DNA of 36,536 nt from Candidatus Iainarchaeum sp. (GCA_038886995.1 JAWALG010000008.1:1-36536), one strand, 5' to 3'. Positions 17,337 to 27,145 are shown, counted from the stretch's first letter. A program made the numbers and translations. Notes: generated by a model not told the origin, from the letters alone.

Positions 17337-20300
17337 AAAAGGCATTTTTTATTGCATTGATTTTAATTGCTTTTGTTAGCTTTCCATACGCTCAAGCAGT
17401 GCCTGTAAGTGCTACTGACTGCAGAGGAAACTCTCTAACTTTAATGGATGGCAACTATGAGTTTCAGGGTGACATTACATGTGCTTACGTTTATATTTAT
17501 GCCAAAAAGCAGGATACTACTATTGATTGCCAGGGCGCCAAATTTGCAGCATACTATTTCTCTTACTACCCGGGTGATGGAAGCACCATTACCATAAGAA
17601 ACTGCAAATTCGAGCCTTATAGAAATTATTCGAGCTATAGCTACCATTATTTTTCAGAAACAAAGAGCGCTGGTTTTGAGTATATAAATAACACATTTGA
17701 GAATGTTTACTACCAGGTACAGCGCACTTATTCAAAGAAAGCCAAAATAGACATGAGCTTTACTGACAACAATATGCTCAATTCGGGATTTTACTTCGGT
17801 TTTTATGATTACGACTCAAAGCAGCTGGATCTCAACATAAACCTCACAAACAACAACCTAACAAACTCACTTTTTTATGTTTACTTCTGGGACTACTACA
17901 ACCAAAGCATATACCCCAATTTATATTTTGATATTCGCAATAACAATTTCAAGAATTCTTACCTAAGATTGTATTTTTACCACTACTACTTTAACCTTCA
18001 AAGTGACATTAATCGGCAAATTTCTATTGTTGACAACAACTTTGAACTTTCACAAGTATATCTGCAAAATTATTACTATAACTACAGTTCTCGTCTCCGA
18101 GACGTTAATCTTTATTTGGAAGTAAAAAGAAATCTTTTCAACAATACATCATTTTATCTTTATGACTATGGCTATAGGTATCCCAAATTTAAAAAGACTT
18201 TACCATCTAGAGATACACACATCGAGCTTACAGAAAATGATTTTAACTTAGCTCTCGTTTTTCTGTATTTGTACCCATATTATTGGTTTACCGACACTAA
18301 TATGGAGTTAATTTTTTCAAGAAATAAACTTCATGCTACAACCTTGAATATTCATGATTACAGATATGCACAAAATGGCAAAATAGAACTTTCCTACAAT
18401 GACATAAATAGATCACAGATAAGCTTCGGGTATTGGAACTACTGGTATTGGTACTACTGGAACTGGTGGTACTACCAATGGTATTATGCTTGGTATTACT
18501 GGTATTATTACGGCATAATAATTGACCCAAAGATTAGTGAAATTAATGTTCTTGGCAACAAAATTGAAAAGAGCAAGCTTGACTTTTTGGGATACTGGCC
18601 TTCAGCATACTCAAGCTTGACCATAAGCGATAACATTTTCAGTGGCTTCTACTGCCCACCTAATCTAAAAGAAAGTGAGTGTAGTACCTACTACAAAAAC
18701 ATGAGCAGTATTTACTGGGTTGGGCTTAATCAGCTTAGTTTGCCGACCAAGAACAATACTCTTATTTCCAACAATGAGTTTTATGGAGATAATAATTATA
18801 TTGGTTCTGCAATAACCCACTTGTCAGATCCTTATAACAGACCATACTACGGCGGTCCTTACGACTACTGGTGGATGTGCTATTACTGGGGCTACTGTGG
18901 ATGGTACTATTATTACTACTATTATTACTACTACAATTACTATTACTATTGGTATTATTGGTACTACTGGTATTATTACTACTATTACTACTGGTACTAT
19001 TATGCTTACTATTACCCATACAGCTATTGGTATTACTACTATTATTACTATGCTTATTGGTATTACTACTACTATTATTATTATTGGTACTACTATTACT
19101 ACTGGTACTACTACGGCTACTACTACAGATGGTACTACTGGTACTACTACAGGTACTACTACTATTACTACTGGTACTACTACAGATACTACTACAGATA
19201 TTATCCTTTCTTTGACATCTGGGAAAAAGGCGTTTTCGAGCTCTCAAACAACACCTTTAGAGGTTTCCATAGTGGAATTGAGACATTATCTGCTGGAGAT
19301 GGGCAAACTGCAGTTATAAAGAACAACACTTTCGAAGACAACAAATACGGGATTAAATATATAAGCAGCAATGGCACGATGCTTGTTTACGCCAACATTT
19401 TTGCTGACAATGAGGTTGGGATAGGCGGTATAAGCGGCACAGCCGGCGCTACACCATATTTCCCATATGCGTATCCAGGAGACGGTCCGATATCTGTATA
19501 TGATAACCGCTTTGAAAATAACCGCAAGTGGGCTATAAAGTATGTTGGCGCTGATATATGGTACGCGCCATACTATAAGCCATCAGAGGATGGCATATAC
19601 AACTACGACCCAGCAAATAGGCGCTCTGGCCCTATGTTCACAAGGCAGGAAGTTGATGATTACCTTAAGGAATCAAAGACAATGCTTATCTGCATGGCTA
19701 ACAATGACTTCACTGCAATGCCAAACACTGGCAAAAATGCAACTGAAGGAGCAATAAGAAGAATTTCAGATGCAGCTAACTATAATGGCCAATGCCTTGG
19801 GTTCTGCAGCGGTGCTATAAACAGCGCACCTATTGCTGACTTTGAGGTAACTACAAGCAAAGGAGTTTCGGACTTGACAGTTAATTTCTATGATCGCTCT
19901 TACGATAAAGATGGCAATATTGTCTCATGGCAGTGGGATTTCGGTGACGGAACATACAGCACAGATAGAAATCCTTCACATACTTACACAAGCAATGGGC
20001 CCTTCACTGTAACCTTGACTGTTAAAGACGACGGCGGCGCCAAGAACAGCAAACAGAAGAAAATTACCCCTTATGACACCGCTTCAATAACTGACATATC
20101 AGTGGAAGATATTTCAGCAGGTGAAAGTGCGCAGATAAGCGTAACATGCACAAAAGACCTGGAAGGTGTGCTAAAGGTTTACTTTGATCCTCTCGGAGCA
20201 AATACTAAAATCTATGAGTCAACCTATAAATGCAACTCTGGCGCAGTATCAGTAGGCCCACTCACGGAGATAGGCGTATACCTTGTAAGGTATGACCTTA

Positions 20301-20467
20301 GTGTGCCTTCTAGCTCCTGCACAAAATGCAGCGCAGAGAAGGAGTTCATTGTAAAGAGAAGTGCAGTAACAACAGCACCAGAAGAGCCAGTTGTTGCAGT
20401 TGTTGCCTTAATCCTTGTATTTTCAGTTTTGTATGTGGGCAGAAAAATTAAGGGAAATAAGTACTAA
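17333..20467 (+). CDS. Large secreted Tyr/Trp-rich surface protein: right-handed beta-helix (NosD/CASH-like) repeats, poly-Tyr tracts, PKD domain, C-terminal PE-TM anchor
   Basis: ATG 17333 overlaps the upstream stop (ATGA) after GGGGGAG. Signal peptide [22 protein letters not shown]; repeated I.NN.F.N rungs; PKD motif SWQWDFGDGTYSTDRNPSHTY...VTLTVKD (~19826-20070); C-terminus APEEPVVAVVALILVFSVLYVGRKIK. Confidence 0.9.
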   Translation: MKKAFFIALILIAFVSFPYAQAVPVSATDCRGNSLTLMDGNYEFQGDITCAYVYIYAKKQDTTIDCQGAKFAAYYFSYYPGDGSTITIRNCKFEPYRNYSSYSYHYFSETKSAGFEYINNTFENVYYQVQRTYSKKAKIDMSFTDNNMLNSGFYFGFYDYDSKQLDLNINLTNNNLTNSLFYVYFWDYYNQSIYPNLYFDIRNNNFKNSYLRLYFYHYYFNLQSDINRQISIVDNNFELSQVYLQNYYYNYSSRLRDVNLYLEVKRNLFNNTSFYLYDYGYRYPKFKKTLPSRDTHIELTENDFNLALVFLYLYPYYWFTDTNMELIFSRNKLHATTLNIHDYRYAQNGKIELSYNDINRSQISFGYWNYWYWYYWNWWYYQWYYAWYYWYYYGIIIDPKISEINVLGNKIEKSKLDFLGYWPSAYSSLTISDNIFSGFYCPPNLKESECSTYYKNMSSIYWVGLNQLSLPTKNNTLISNNEFYGDNNYIGSAITHLSDPYNRPYYGGPYDYWWMCYYWGYCGWYYYYYYYYYYNYYYYWYYWYYWYYYYYYYWYYYAYYYPYSYWYYYYYYYAYWYYYYYYYYWYYYYYWYYYGYYYRWYYWYYYRYYYYYYWYYYRYYYRYYPFFDIWEKGVFELSNNTFRGFHSGIETLSAGDGQTAVIKNNTFEDNKYGIKYISSNGTMLVYANIFADNEVGIGGISGTAGATPYFPYAYPGDGPISVYDNRFENNRKWAIKYVGADIWYAPYYKPSEDGIYNYDPANRRSGPMFTRQEVDDYLKESKTMLICMANNDFTAMPNTGKNATEGAIRRISDAANYNGQCLGFCSGAINSAPIADFEVTTSKGVSDLTVNFYDRSYDKDGNIVSWQWDFGDGTYSTDRNPSHTYTSNGPFTVTLTVKDDGGAKNSKQKKITPYDTASITDISVEDISAGESAQISVTCTKDLEGVLKVYFDPLGANTKIYESTYKCNSGAVSVGPLTEIGVYLVRYDLSVPSSSCTKCSAEKEFIVKRSAVTTAPEEPVVAVVALILVFSVLYVGRKIKGNKY
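18431..18511 (+). repeat. Short Tyr/Trp low-complexity coding tract
   Basis: 27 codons YWNYWYWYYWNWWYYQWYYAWYYWYYY (14 Tyr, 9 Trp). Confidence 0.95.
18902..19204 (+). repeat. Poly-tyrosine coding tract (TAC/TAT/TGG mosaic)
   Basis: 101 codons: 79 Tyr, 12 Trp and 10 other, with no stop codon. Confidence 0.97.
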
Positions 20468-20535
20468 TTTCTATTATCTTCTAGTGGCTTTACGCACTGC
20501 TAAGAAATAAAAAACTCTTTCAACATATAGCTATT

Positions 20536-21414
20536 ATGCTTGTGGTTTACTCTGATGATTTTTTGAAGCACTCTTTCATAAACCATCCTGAGAGCCCAGG
20601 TCGGCTTTTCTCAATAAAAAGCGTACTTGATGAGAAAAAAGGTTTCCAATACATTATGCCAAAAGCCGCTAGCAGTGATGACCTTCTTAAAGTACATACT
20701 AAGGAACTTATCGAAGACCTAAAAATGCGCTCAGAAAGACGCCTTGGCGATGCTGACAACCCATTTGTCTCAAATACTTTTGAGATAGCAAAGCTTAGTG
20801 CTGGTGCTGCCATAGAAGCAGCAAAGCATGCTGACAGCAAATGCTTTTCCCTTGCAAGGCCACCAGGCCATCACGCTGGCAGGAATTTCTTCGGCGGCTT
20901 CTGCTACTTAAATAACATCGCCGTGGGGATTGCAAGTGTTCTGAACAAATATGGCCGTGCAATGATTGTTGACTTTGATGTGCACCTTGGCCAAGGCACT
21001 ATGGATATATTTGCAGGCAGCGATGCTGTTTTTTATCTCTCATTCCATCAAGATGCAAACACTATTTATCCTTGGCATGAGCCAGTAGCTGAAGAAAAAA
21101 ATATACGTCTTTTTGCTCTAAGCTCAGGCATAGGTGATGCAGCTTACCTTAAAGTATTTGAAAAGGGATTCAGACAAGCAGTGGCTGAATTTAAGCCGGA
21201 TCTCATTGCTTGCTCAGCTGGCTTTGATGCTTATTACAGGGATTACCCTTACGTTGGTAGTTCTCTTTGCATCAGAAAAGAAGAAACTTTTAGGCGCATC
21301 GGTGAAATAATTGCAAGCGCTAAGAAACCAGGCTTTGCTGTTTTAGAAGGCGGTTACGAAGTTGAAACACTTGGCAACCTTGCTTATAACTTCCTGCGGG
21401 GTTGGCAAAAATGA
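20536..21414 (+). CDS. Histone deacetylase / AcuC-family Zn-dependent deacetylase
   Basis: HPESPGRL, RPPGHHA, GFCYLNN, DFDVH, SFHQ, SAGFDA and VLEGGY motifs. Confidence 0.95.
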   Translation: MLVVYSDDFLKHSFINHPESPGRLFSIKSVLDEKKGFQYIMPKAASSDDLLKVHTKELIEDLKMRSERRLGDADNPFVSNTFEIAKLSAGAAIEAAKHADSKCFSLARPPGHHAGRNFFGGFCYLNNIAVGIASVLNKYGRAMIVDFDVHLGQGTMDIFAGSDAVFYLSFHQDANTIYPWHEPVAEEKNIRLFALSSGIGDAAYLKVFEKGFRQAVAEFKPDLIACSAGFDAYYRDYPYVGSSLCIRKEETFRRIGEIIASAKKPGFAVLEGGYEVETLGNLAYNFLRGWQK

Positions 21415-21905
21415 AGATCCTAATAGCGTACCAGGGTAACAATAAGACAAATGCACAAGTTGCAGAAGCAATGAAAAAAGTTTTTGAAGAGGATGGTGCG
21501 GAGGTTAAAGTGGAAGGCATAGAGCCAACAATTGAGATGCGCCTTTACGATTACCTTAAGGAATTTAGGAAAAAGAAAAGGATTGAGTTCAAGAAAGCAA
21601 CAACAGATGTAAAGAGCTATGACCTTGTTGTAATTGGCACCCCAGTGCTAAAATTTTCTCCCACGCCACTAATGGAAACCTATGTTAGGTCTCTTAAGAA
21701 CACAAAAGGAAAGGATTTTGTCATTTATTGCACGCCGGTTGGCTTTGCAGGCACAACTATAAAACGCCTTGCAAACATTCTTGCAACAAAAGGTGCAAAC
21801 ATTGTCGGTACTCTAACGCTTTCTTCCATATTTGAGCTTAACGATGATAAGCTGAATATTGCGAAAAACTTTGCAAGGCAAATGATTTCAGAAATTAAAG
21901 ATTAA
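21411..21905 (+). CDS. Flavodoxin-like protein
   Basis: MKILIAY...NAQVAEAM and YDLVVIGTPV motifs. ATGA overlap with the deacetylase. Confidence 0.8.
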   Translation: MKILIAYQGNNKTNAQVAEAMKKVFEEDGAEVKVEGIEPTIEMRLYDYLKEFRKKKRIEFKKATTDVKSYDLVVIGTPVLKFSPTPLMETYVRSLKNTKGKDFVIYCTPVGFAGTTIKRLANILATKGANIVGTLTLSSIFELNDDKLNIAKNFARQMISEIKD

Positions 21906-21917
21906 TGAATTTGTATT

Positions 21918-22808
21918 TTAGCTCTCTACCTCAGGCATCCTTATGACCATGCGGTAGTTTTCCACTATTGCTGCGGTGCCATTTGGTGCCTTTTTTGCAA
22001 CAATGCTTGTTTCATCTATTGTTTTTCCAAGCCCAAAACCACGCCATTTTGGGGATGCCCAAAAGGTAACAGGCCATTTATATGCTTTGTTTGGCTCTGC
22101 TAAAAAACCAGTTTTCGGGCTTACAAAGAACTTGAGATCTGCTTTGCCGTCTTCGTCACTGTCAACTTCAAATATTGCTACTGCTGTTTCTTTTATGTCA
22201 AAGTCCTCATTTGCTGGAATCAGGGGAATGTAATACTTTGTATCCGCCTCTCCATTTAGTGAAGTATCTAGACCTTTGAATGTTATCCTTTTCTGGAATT
22301 GTATTTCGAACTCCTGTGAGTCAAGCAAAAGATAGAACCTTTTTCTGTCATTGGATACAAAATACCTATATTTAACGCCAAAAGGGAAAACAATTGGCTC
22401 AGAGCTTACTTTGCCAGGGCTGAATTTGTATTCACCGTACGGCTCACCATATATGTCTATTAGGGTTACCTTTTCTGATGTCCAGTCAAAATCGCAGTAA
22501 TAGTACATATTGCCAGCATAGACCTCACAATAATCAGTTGATGACTCTACAAAGAAATCAATTCGTAATATGTTCAGGTCTTCAAGCATAAAAACTATGT
22601 TGTTTTCGTAAAGGTAAATTGATGTCATCTTTTCCGTGTTTGGGAAGTAATTTGAGTCAACATCAAAGGAATGGTCTGCTTCTATTACGCCAAGCTCTTT
22701 ATCTGGTTCCTTTGGCATATTGTGAAGTGTGACCAAGACAAGGGTTATTACTATTATTAAGCCAATAAGCAGTTTTCCCTTTTTCGAGCCCACAGTATAT
22801 AAAAACAT
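21918..22808 (-). CDS. Hypothetical N-terminally anchored membrane/surface protein
   Basis: KKGK followed by a hydrophobic helix near the N-terminus; acidic, beta-rich remainder. Confidence 0.7.
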   Translation of the reverse strand: MFLYTVGSKKGKLLIGLIIVITLVLVTLHNMPKEPDKELGVIEADHSFDVDSNYFPNTEKMTSIYLYENNIVFMLEDLNILRIDFFVESSTDYCEVYAGNMYYYCDFDWTSEKVTLIDIYGEPYGEYKFSPGKVSSEPIVFPFGVKYRYFVSNDRKRFYLLLDSQEFEIQFQKRITFKGLDTSLNGEADTKYYIPLIPANEDFDIKETAVAIFEVDSDEDGKADLKFFVSPKTGFLAEPNKAYKWPVTFWASPKWRGFGLGKTIDETSIVAKKAPNGTAAIVENYRMVIRMPEVES

Positions 22809-22959
22809 CTTTTTATTTAAATAGCTTTTGCTATGCGGAAGCTCAGAAGGTTGGAAAAAAAGATTTAAAATTATGCACTTTCTTTATAATTATATTATCA
22901 CTTGCAATTTATTCCCTTTGCTTTTTGTTTAGGCCTAATCACCTAAAGGTGTGATTGCT

Positions 22960-23466
22960 GTGTCTAAAGAGCATAAAGAGAAAGGCAAAAAAACCAGCAA
23001 AAAGGAGCTTATGGACCGTATCAAGAATCTTGAAAAAGAGCTTTCGCAGGAAAAGGCCATTGCAGAAGAACGCCTTAACCAAATGAAATACCTAAGGGCT
23101 GACTTTGACAACTATGTAAAAAAGCTTGAAATTGAAAAGCAGCAATCAATAAAGTTTGCATCTGAAAAGCTCCTTTCAGACCTGTTGCCTTTCCTTGATG
23201 ACCTTGAAAATGCAATGAAATGTGGTTTGGTCGATGCTCAAGGTTTATCGCTTCTTTACGGGAAGCTCATGAAAATATGCGAAGCACACGGACTCAAAAA
23301 AATTGACGCTTTAGGCAAGAAGTTTGATCCAAACTTCCATGAAGTTATACAAAAAGAAAAAAGTGACAAGGAGGAAGGCACAATTCTTGCTGAACTGCAA
23401 ACAGGTTATGTGCTTAACTCAAAGGTTATAAGACCTTCTAAGGTAAAGATTGCTGTTAAAGCTTAA
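22960..23466 (+). CDS. grpE: Nucleotide exchange factor GrpE
   Basis: [24 protein letters not shown] and [14 protein letters not shown] motifs. GTG 22960 follows GGTGTGA (alternative GTG at 22951). Confidence 0.96.
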   Translation: MSKEHKEKGKKTSKKELMDRIKNLEKELSQEKAIAEERLNQMKYLRADFDNYVKKLEIEKQQSIKFASEKLLSDLLPFLDDLENAMKCGLVDAQGLSLLYGKLMKICEAHGLKKIDALGKKFDPNFHEVIQKEKSDKEEGTILAELQTGYVLNSKVIRPSKVKIAVKA

Positions 23467-23489
23467 TGCTACATAGCAATATTTGTGCA

Positions 23490-23496
23490 GGAGGTG
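23490..23496 (+). promoter_or_regulatory. Shine-Dalgarno site of dnaK
   Basis: GGAGGTG 5 nt before ATG 23502. Similar GGTG(A/G) motifs precede the KaiC-like, kbl, prs, thioredoxin-like and 32152 genes. Confidence 0.8.
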
Positions 23497-23501
23497 TTAT
23501 T

Positions 23502-25409
23502 ATGGCAAAAGAGAAGATAATTGGTATTGATTTAGGTACTTCAAATAGCCAGGCAGCAGTAGTTATAGCTGGAAGGCCAACCATAATACCTTCTGCAGAA
23601 GGCCCAACAGTTGCCGGGAAAATGTTTCCTTCTTATGTTGCATTCACAAAGGAAGGCCAACTTCTTGTGGGTGAGCCAGCGAGAAGGCAAGCCGTTTCAA
23701 ATCCAGAAGGAACTGTCATTGGCGTAAAAAGGAAAATGGGCACAAACCACACTTACAAAATATATGGTAAAACTTATAAGCCACAGGAAATCTCGGCCTT
23801 TATACTACAAAAGATAAAGAAGGATGCCGAAGCATTCCTTGGAGAGCCGATAAAAAAGGCAGTTATAACTGTGCCTGCATACTTCAACGATAACCAGCGC
23901 ACCGCAACGAAAGATGCTGGAAGAATTGCAGGCCTGGAGGTTGTGCGCCTTGTTAACGAACCAACTGCTGCTGCAATGGCTTATGGCTTAGATAAAAGTG
24001 GTGAGCATAAGATACTTGTATTTGACCTTGGCGGTGGAACATTAGATGTCACAATTATGGAATTCGCTGAAGGCACATACAATGTGCTTTCCACTTCTGG
24101 CGATACGCAGCTCGGCGGCACGGACATGGACAATGCAATAATAGAGTGGGTGCTAAAGGAGTTTAAAGAAAAAGAAGGCATAGACCTAAGGAATGACAGC
24201 GTTGCAATGCAAAGAATACGCGAGGCCTCAGAAAAAGCAAAGATAGAGCTTAGCACAGTTCTTGAAACAGAAATAAACTTGCCTTATATAACATCTGATG
24301 ACAAAGGCCCTAAGCATTTGGTGCTTAAGCTCACTAGAGCAAAGTTGGAGAAGCTTATTGAGCCAATTGTGAATAAGTGCCTTGGTCCAATAGAACAAGC
24401 GTTAAAGGATGCAAAGCTCACAAAAGATGACATTGACAAAATAATTCTCGTTGGTGGCCCAACTAGAATGCCAATAATAAAGGACTTCCTGGAAAAAAAT
24501 GTCGGAAAGAAGCTTGAGCGTGGCGTTGACCCAATGGAATGTGTTGCGATAGGCGCAGCAATTCAAGGCGCAATACTGGCTGGTGAAATAAAAGACCTTG
24601 TCCTCCTTGATGTTACTCCGCTGACTTTAGGCATAGAAACCCTTGGCAACATCATGACACCGCTCATACCAAGAAACACAACAATTCCAACAAAGAAAAG
24701 CCAAATTTTTACCACAGCAACAGATTTCCAAAATGCTGTAACCATCCACGTGCTCCAGGGCGAGAGGCCTATGGCAAAAGACAACATTAGCTTGGGACAG
24801 TTCAACCTGGTTGGTATTCCTCCTGCCCCTCGCGGAGTACCACAGATTGAAGTCACATTTGATATTGATGCTTCTGGAATCTTGCACGTATCAGCAAAAG
24901 ACCTTGCAACAGGCAAAGAGCAGAAAATGACTATAAGTGCACCAACAAAGCTCTCTGAAAAAGAAGTTGAGGAAATGGTTAAAAAAGCAAAGGAGTTCGA
25001 GGAAGAAGACCGCAAAAAGAAAGAAGAGGCAGAGCTAAGGAACAATGCTGATGCGCTTATCTACACAACTGAAAAGACACTAGCAGATCTTGGAGATAAG
25101 CTTACAGAGAAACAGAAGGAAAAGATTGAAAAAGCGCTGGCAGAGACAAAGGATGCCCTTCAAGGCGGCGCAGTGGAATTGCTTAAAGAAAAGGTTGAAA
25201 ACCTCCAAAAGGTTCTGCAAGAAGCCGGAAAAGCAATTTATGAGGAAGCAGCAAAGAGATATGCTGAAGAGAAAGACAGGCAGAAAACAGAGTTTGGAGA
25301 GAGCTCTGATGACACAGCTTCTGACGAAGATGTAAAGCGTAAGAGTAAAAAAACTAAGGATGATGACAGTAACACCATAGATGCTGAATTTAAGGTACAG
25401 GATGATTAA
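23502..25409 (+). CDS. dnaK: Chaperone DnaK (Hsp70)
   Basis: [45 protein letters not shown] and [17 protein letters not shown] motifs. Confidence 0.99.
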   Translation: MAKEKIIGIDLGTSNSQAAVVIAGRPTIIPSAEGPTVAGKMFPSYVAFTKEGQLLVGEPARRQAVSNPEGTVIGVKRKMGTNHTYKIYGKTYKPQEISAFILQKIKKDAEAFLGEPIKKAVITVPAYFNDNQRTATKDAGRIAGLEVVRLVNEPTAAAMAYGLDKSGEHKILVFDLGGGTLDVTIMEFAEGTYNVLSTSGDTQLGGTDMDNAIIEWVLKEFKEKEGIDLRNDSVAMQRIREASEKAKIELSTVLETEINLPYITSDDKGPKHLVLKLTRAKLEKLIEPIVNKCLGPIEQALKDAKLTKDDIDKIILVGGPTRMPIIKDFLEKNVGKKLERGVDPMECVAIGAAIQGAILAGEIKDLVLLDVTPLTLGIETLGNIMTPLIPRNTTIPTKKSQIFTTATDFQNAVTIHVLQGERPMAKDNISLGQFNLVGIPPAPRGVPQIEVTFDIDASGILHVSAKDLATGKEQKMTISAPTKLSEKEVEEMVKKAKEFEEEDRKKKEEAELRNNADALIYTTEKTLADLGDKLTEKQKEKIEKALAETKDALQGGAVELLKEKVENLQKVLQEAGKAIYEEAAKRYAEEKDRQKTEFGESSDDTASDEDVKRKSKKTKDDDSNTIDAEFKVQDD

Positions 25410-25411
25410 GA

Positions 25412-26575
25412 TTAGATAAATCCGCCCCTCAGTTTTCCAAAGAAACCCTTCTTTCCCTTATCTTCTTTACCATCACTTTTTCCTGATAAGGCCTCTTTTA
25501 GAAGCTCCTTCTGCTTGGCTGAAAGATTTGTTGGTATCTTAACTATTATATTTACAAAAAGGTCTCCATACCTTTCAGAGTTTAGTTCAGGCATCCCCAT
25601 ACCTTTAAGGCGCATCCTTGTATTGCTTTGTGTGCCAGGTGGAATGCTTATTGTTGCTTCACCTTTTAAGGTATCTATTTTCACTTTCCCACCGAATATT
25701 GCAGTCAAGAGATCTATTTCAAGGTCACGGTGCAGGTCTGTGCCTTCGCGGCGAAAGAATTCGTGCTCAAGAACTTTAACTCTAACATATAGGTCCCCAT
25801 TTGGCCCATTATTTATGCCGGGTTCTCCTTCTCCAGGAATCCTTAAATGTTGGCCGCTTTTTATGCCTTTTGGTATCTTTACTCTTATTTTTGTGCTCTT
25901 TTTCACAAACCCAGAGCCATTGCATTTTTTGCATTGCTTTTCATAAATTTCGCCAGCACCTTTACATTTCCTGCATGTGCTTATGCTTGTGAACTGCATG
26001 AAGCCCTGCCTTCTGTACTGCCTTATTTCACCAGTGCCATTGCAAGCATCACATTTTCTAAGAATGCCTTTTTCAGCACCAGTGCCATTGCAAGCATCAC
26101 ATTTGTGTAGTTTAGGCACTTCTATTGTTTTTTCCACTCCTTTAAAAGCATCTTCAAGGGTTATTTCAATCTCATACAGCAAGTCACTGCCGCGCTGAGG
26201 CCTTCTGTGTCTCGCTTGTCTGGCAAAGTCCCCAAATCCAAAATCGGAAAAACCTGAAAAAGAGTCAAATATATCACCGAATCCAAAGTCCCTAAAAAGG
26301 TCCTCAAAGTTAGGCCATCTATAATTTGCAAAGTCCTCAGGCCTAAATGCAGATTCTCCAAACTGATCATATTGCGCCCTTTTTTGCGGATCGCTTAGAA
26401 CTTGGTATGCCTCGTTTATTTCCTTAAATTTTTCCTCTGCTTCTTTGTTGCCGGGATTTACATCAGGATGGTATTTTCTAGCGAGCTGCCTAAAAGCCCT
26501 TTTTATCTCATCCTCAGAGGCATCTTTGCTTACACCGAGAATTTCATAGTAATCTTTTTTTGGCAATAAGCTCAC
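25412..26575 (-). CDS. dnaJ: Chaperone DnaJ
   Basis: J domain with HPD, G/F region, four CxxCxGxG motifs and a C-terminal domain. Confidence 0.98.
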   Translation of the reverse strand: MSLLPKKDYYEILGVSKDASEDEIKRAFRQLARKYHPDVNPGNKEAEEKFKEINEAYQVLSDPQKRAQYDQFGESAFRPEDFANYRWPNFEDLFRDFGFGDIFDSFSGFSDFGFGDFARQARHRRPQRGSDLLYEIEITLEDAFKGVEKTIEVPKLHKCDACNGTGAEKGILRKCDACNGTGEIRQYRRQGFMQFTSISTCRKCKGAGEIYEKQCKKCNGSGFVKKSTKIRVKIPKGIKSGQHLRIPGEGEPGINNGPNGDLYVRVKVLEHEFFRREGTDLHRDLEIDLLTAIFGGKVKIDTLKGEATISIPPGTQSNTRMRLKGMGMPELNSERYGDLFVNIIVKIPTNLSAKQKELLKEALSGKSDGKEDKGKKGFFGKLRGGFI

Positions 26576-26617
26576 CGTTTTAAAGCAAAGGTTTCTTTTT
26601 TAAGTGCAAATTTAAGT

Positions 26618-27145
26618 TTATTTGCTTACCTTTGCCATTGCATCTATGCAACCATACTCAACGCAGTATGAAATTCTTTCTTCAATTGTCTTGCCAGTGG
26701 TTTCGTCGCTGCCATAACCAATTATCGGGTTGAATTCGCCAATAAAAGTCATTGGAACGCCACTTGCATTTACCCCGAATGCTTTGGCAAACTTCAAAAA
26801 CAGTTCCTTATTTTCTTGGTTGTGCCAGACCTCATACGATTTTACCACAAGCGTGGGATATTTTTCCTTCATCTTTTCAAGGAACGGCTTTTGCTTTGCG
26901 CAATGCGGACAACCTTCACCATAAAAGAAATAAAGTACTGCTTCCTTTTCTTTTTTTGCCTCTTCAATTTTTTCTTGCGGGGTCGTAGTAGGGCTCTGTG
27001 ATTCATTGGTTTTCTCAATTTCTTTATTGCCCGTGTTTTCTAAGACCGCATTACCTGTTTTTTGGCCAAGGCCTAAGAACAAAAGGCCTATTGCTAAAAA
27101 AATTGCGATAACTGCCAAGATGGCTAAAATATTTTTTCTTTCCAT
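26618..27145 (-). CDS. Membrane-anchored thioredoxin/glutaredoxin-fold protein
   Basis: N-terminal TM helix, FYGEGCPHC active site and GVP cis-Pro loop. ATG 27145 after GGTGGTG. Confidence 0.9.
   Translation of the reverse strand: MERKNILAILAVIAIFLAIGLLFLGLGQKTGNAVLENTGNKEIEKTNESQSPTTTPQEKIEEAKKEKEAVLYFFYGEGCPHCAKQKPFLEKMKEKYPTLVVKSYEVWHNQENKELFLKFAKAFGVNASGVPMTFIGEFNPIIGYGSDETTGKTIEERISYCVEYGCIDAMAKVSK

Noticed and set aside
18431-19204. Diversity-generating retroelement variable/template repeats
   Set aside because: There is no reverse transcriptase and no repeat pair differing only at adenines in this window. A remote template cannot be excluded.
18762-19319. Poly-Leu, poly-Thr/Ile and poly-Ser/Asn ORFs in other frames
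   Set aside because: These are shadow frames of the TAC/TAT tract. Only the Tyr frame is continuous with the signal peptide, beta-helix and PKD domains.
22865-22880. Heat-shock operator (CIRCE) or a shared TGCACTT motif upstream of grpE and dnaJ (26602-26608)
   Set aside because: No CIRCE inverted repeat is present, and a 7-nt match in AT-rich DNA is too weak to call.
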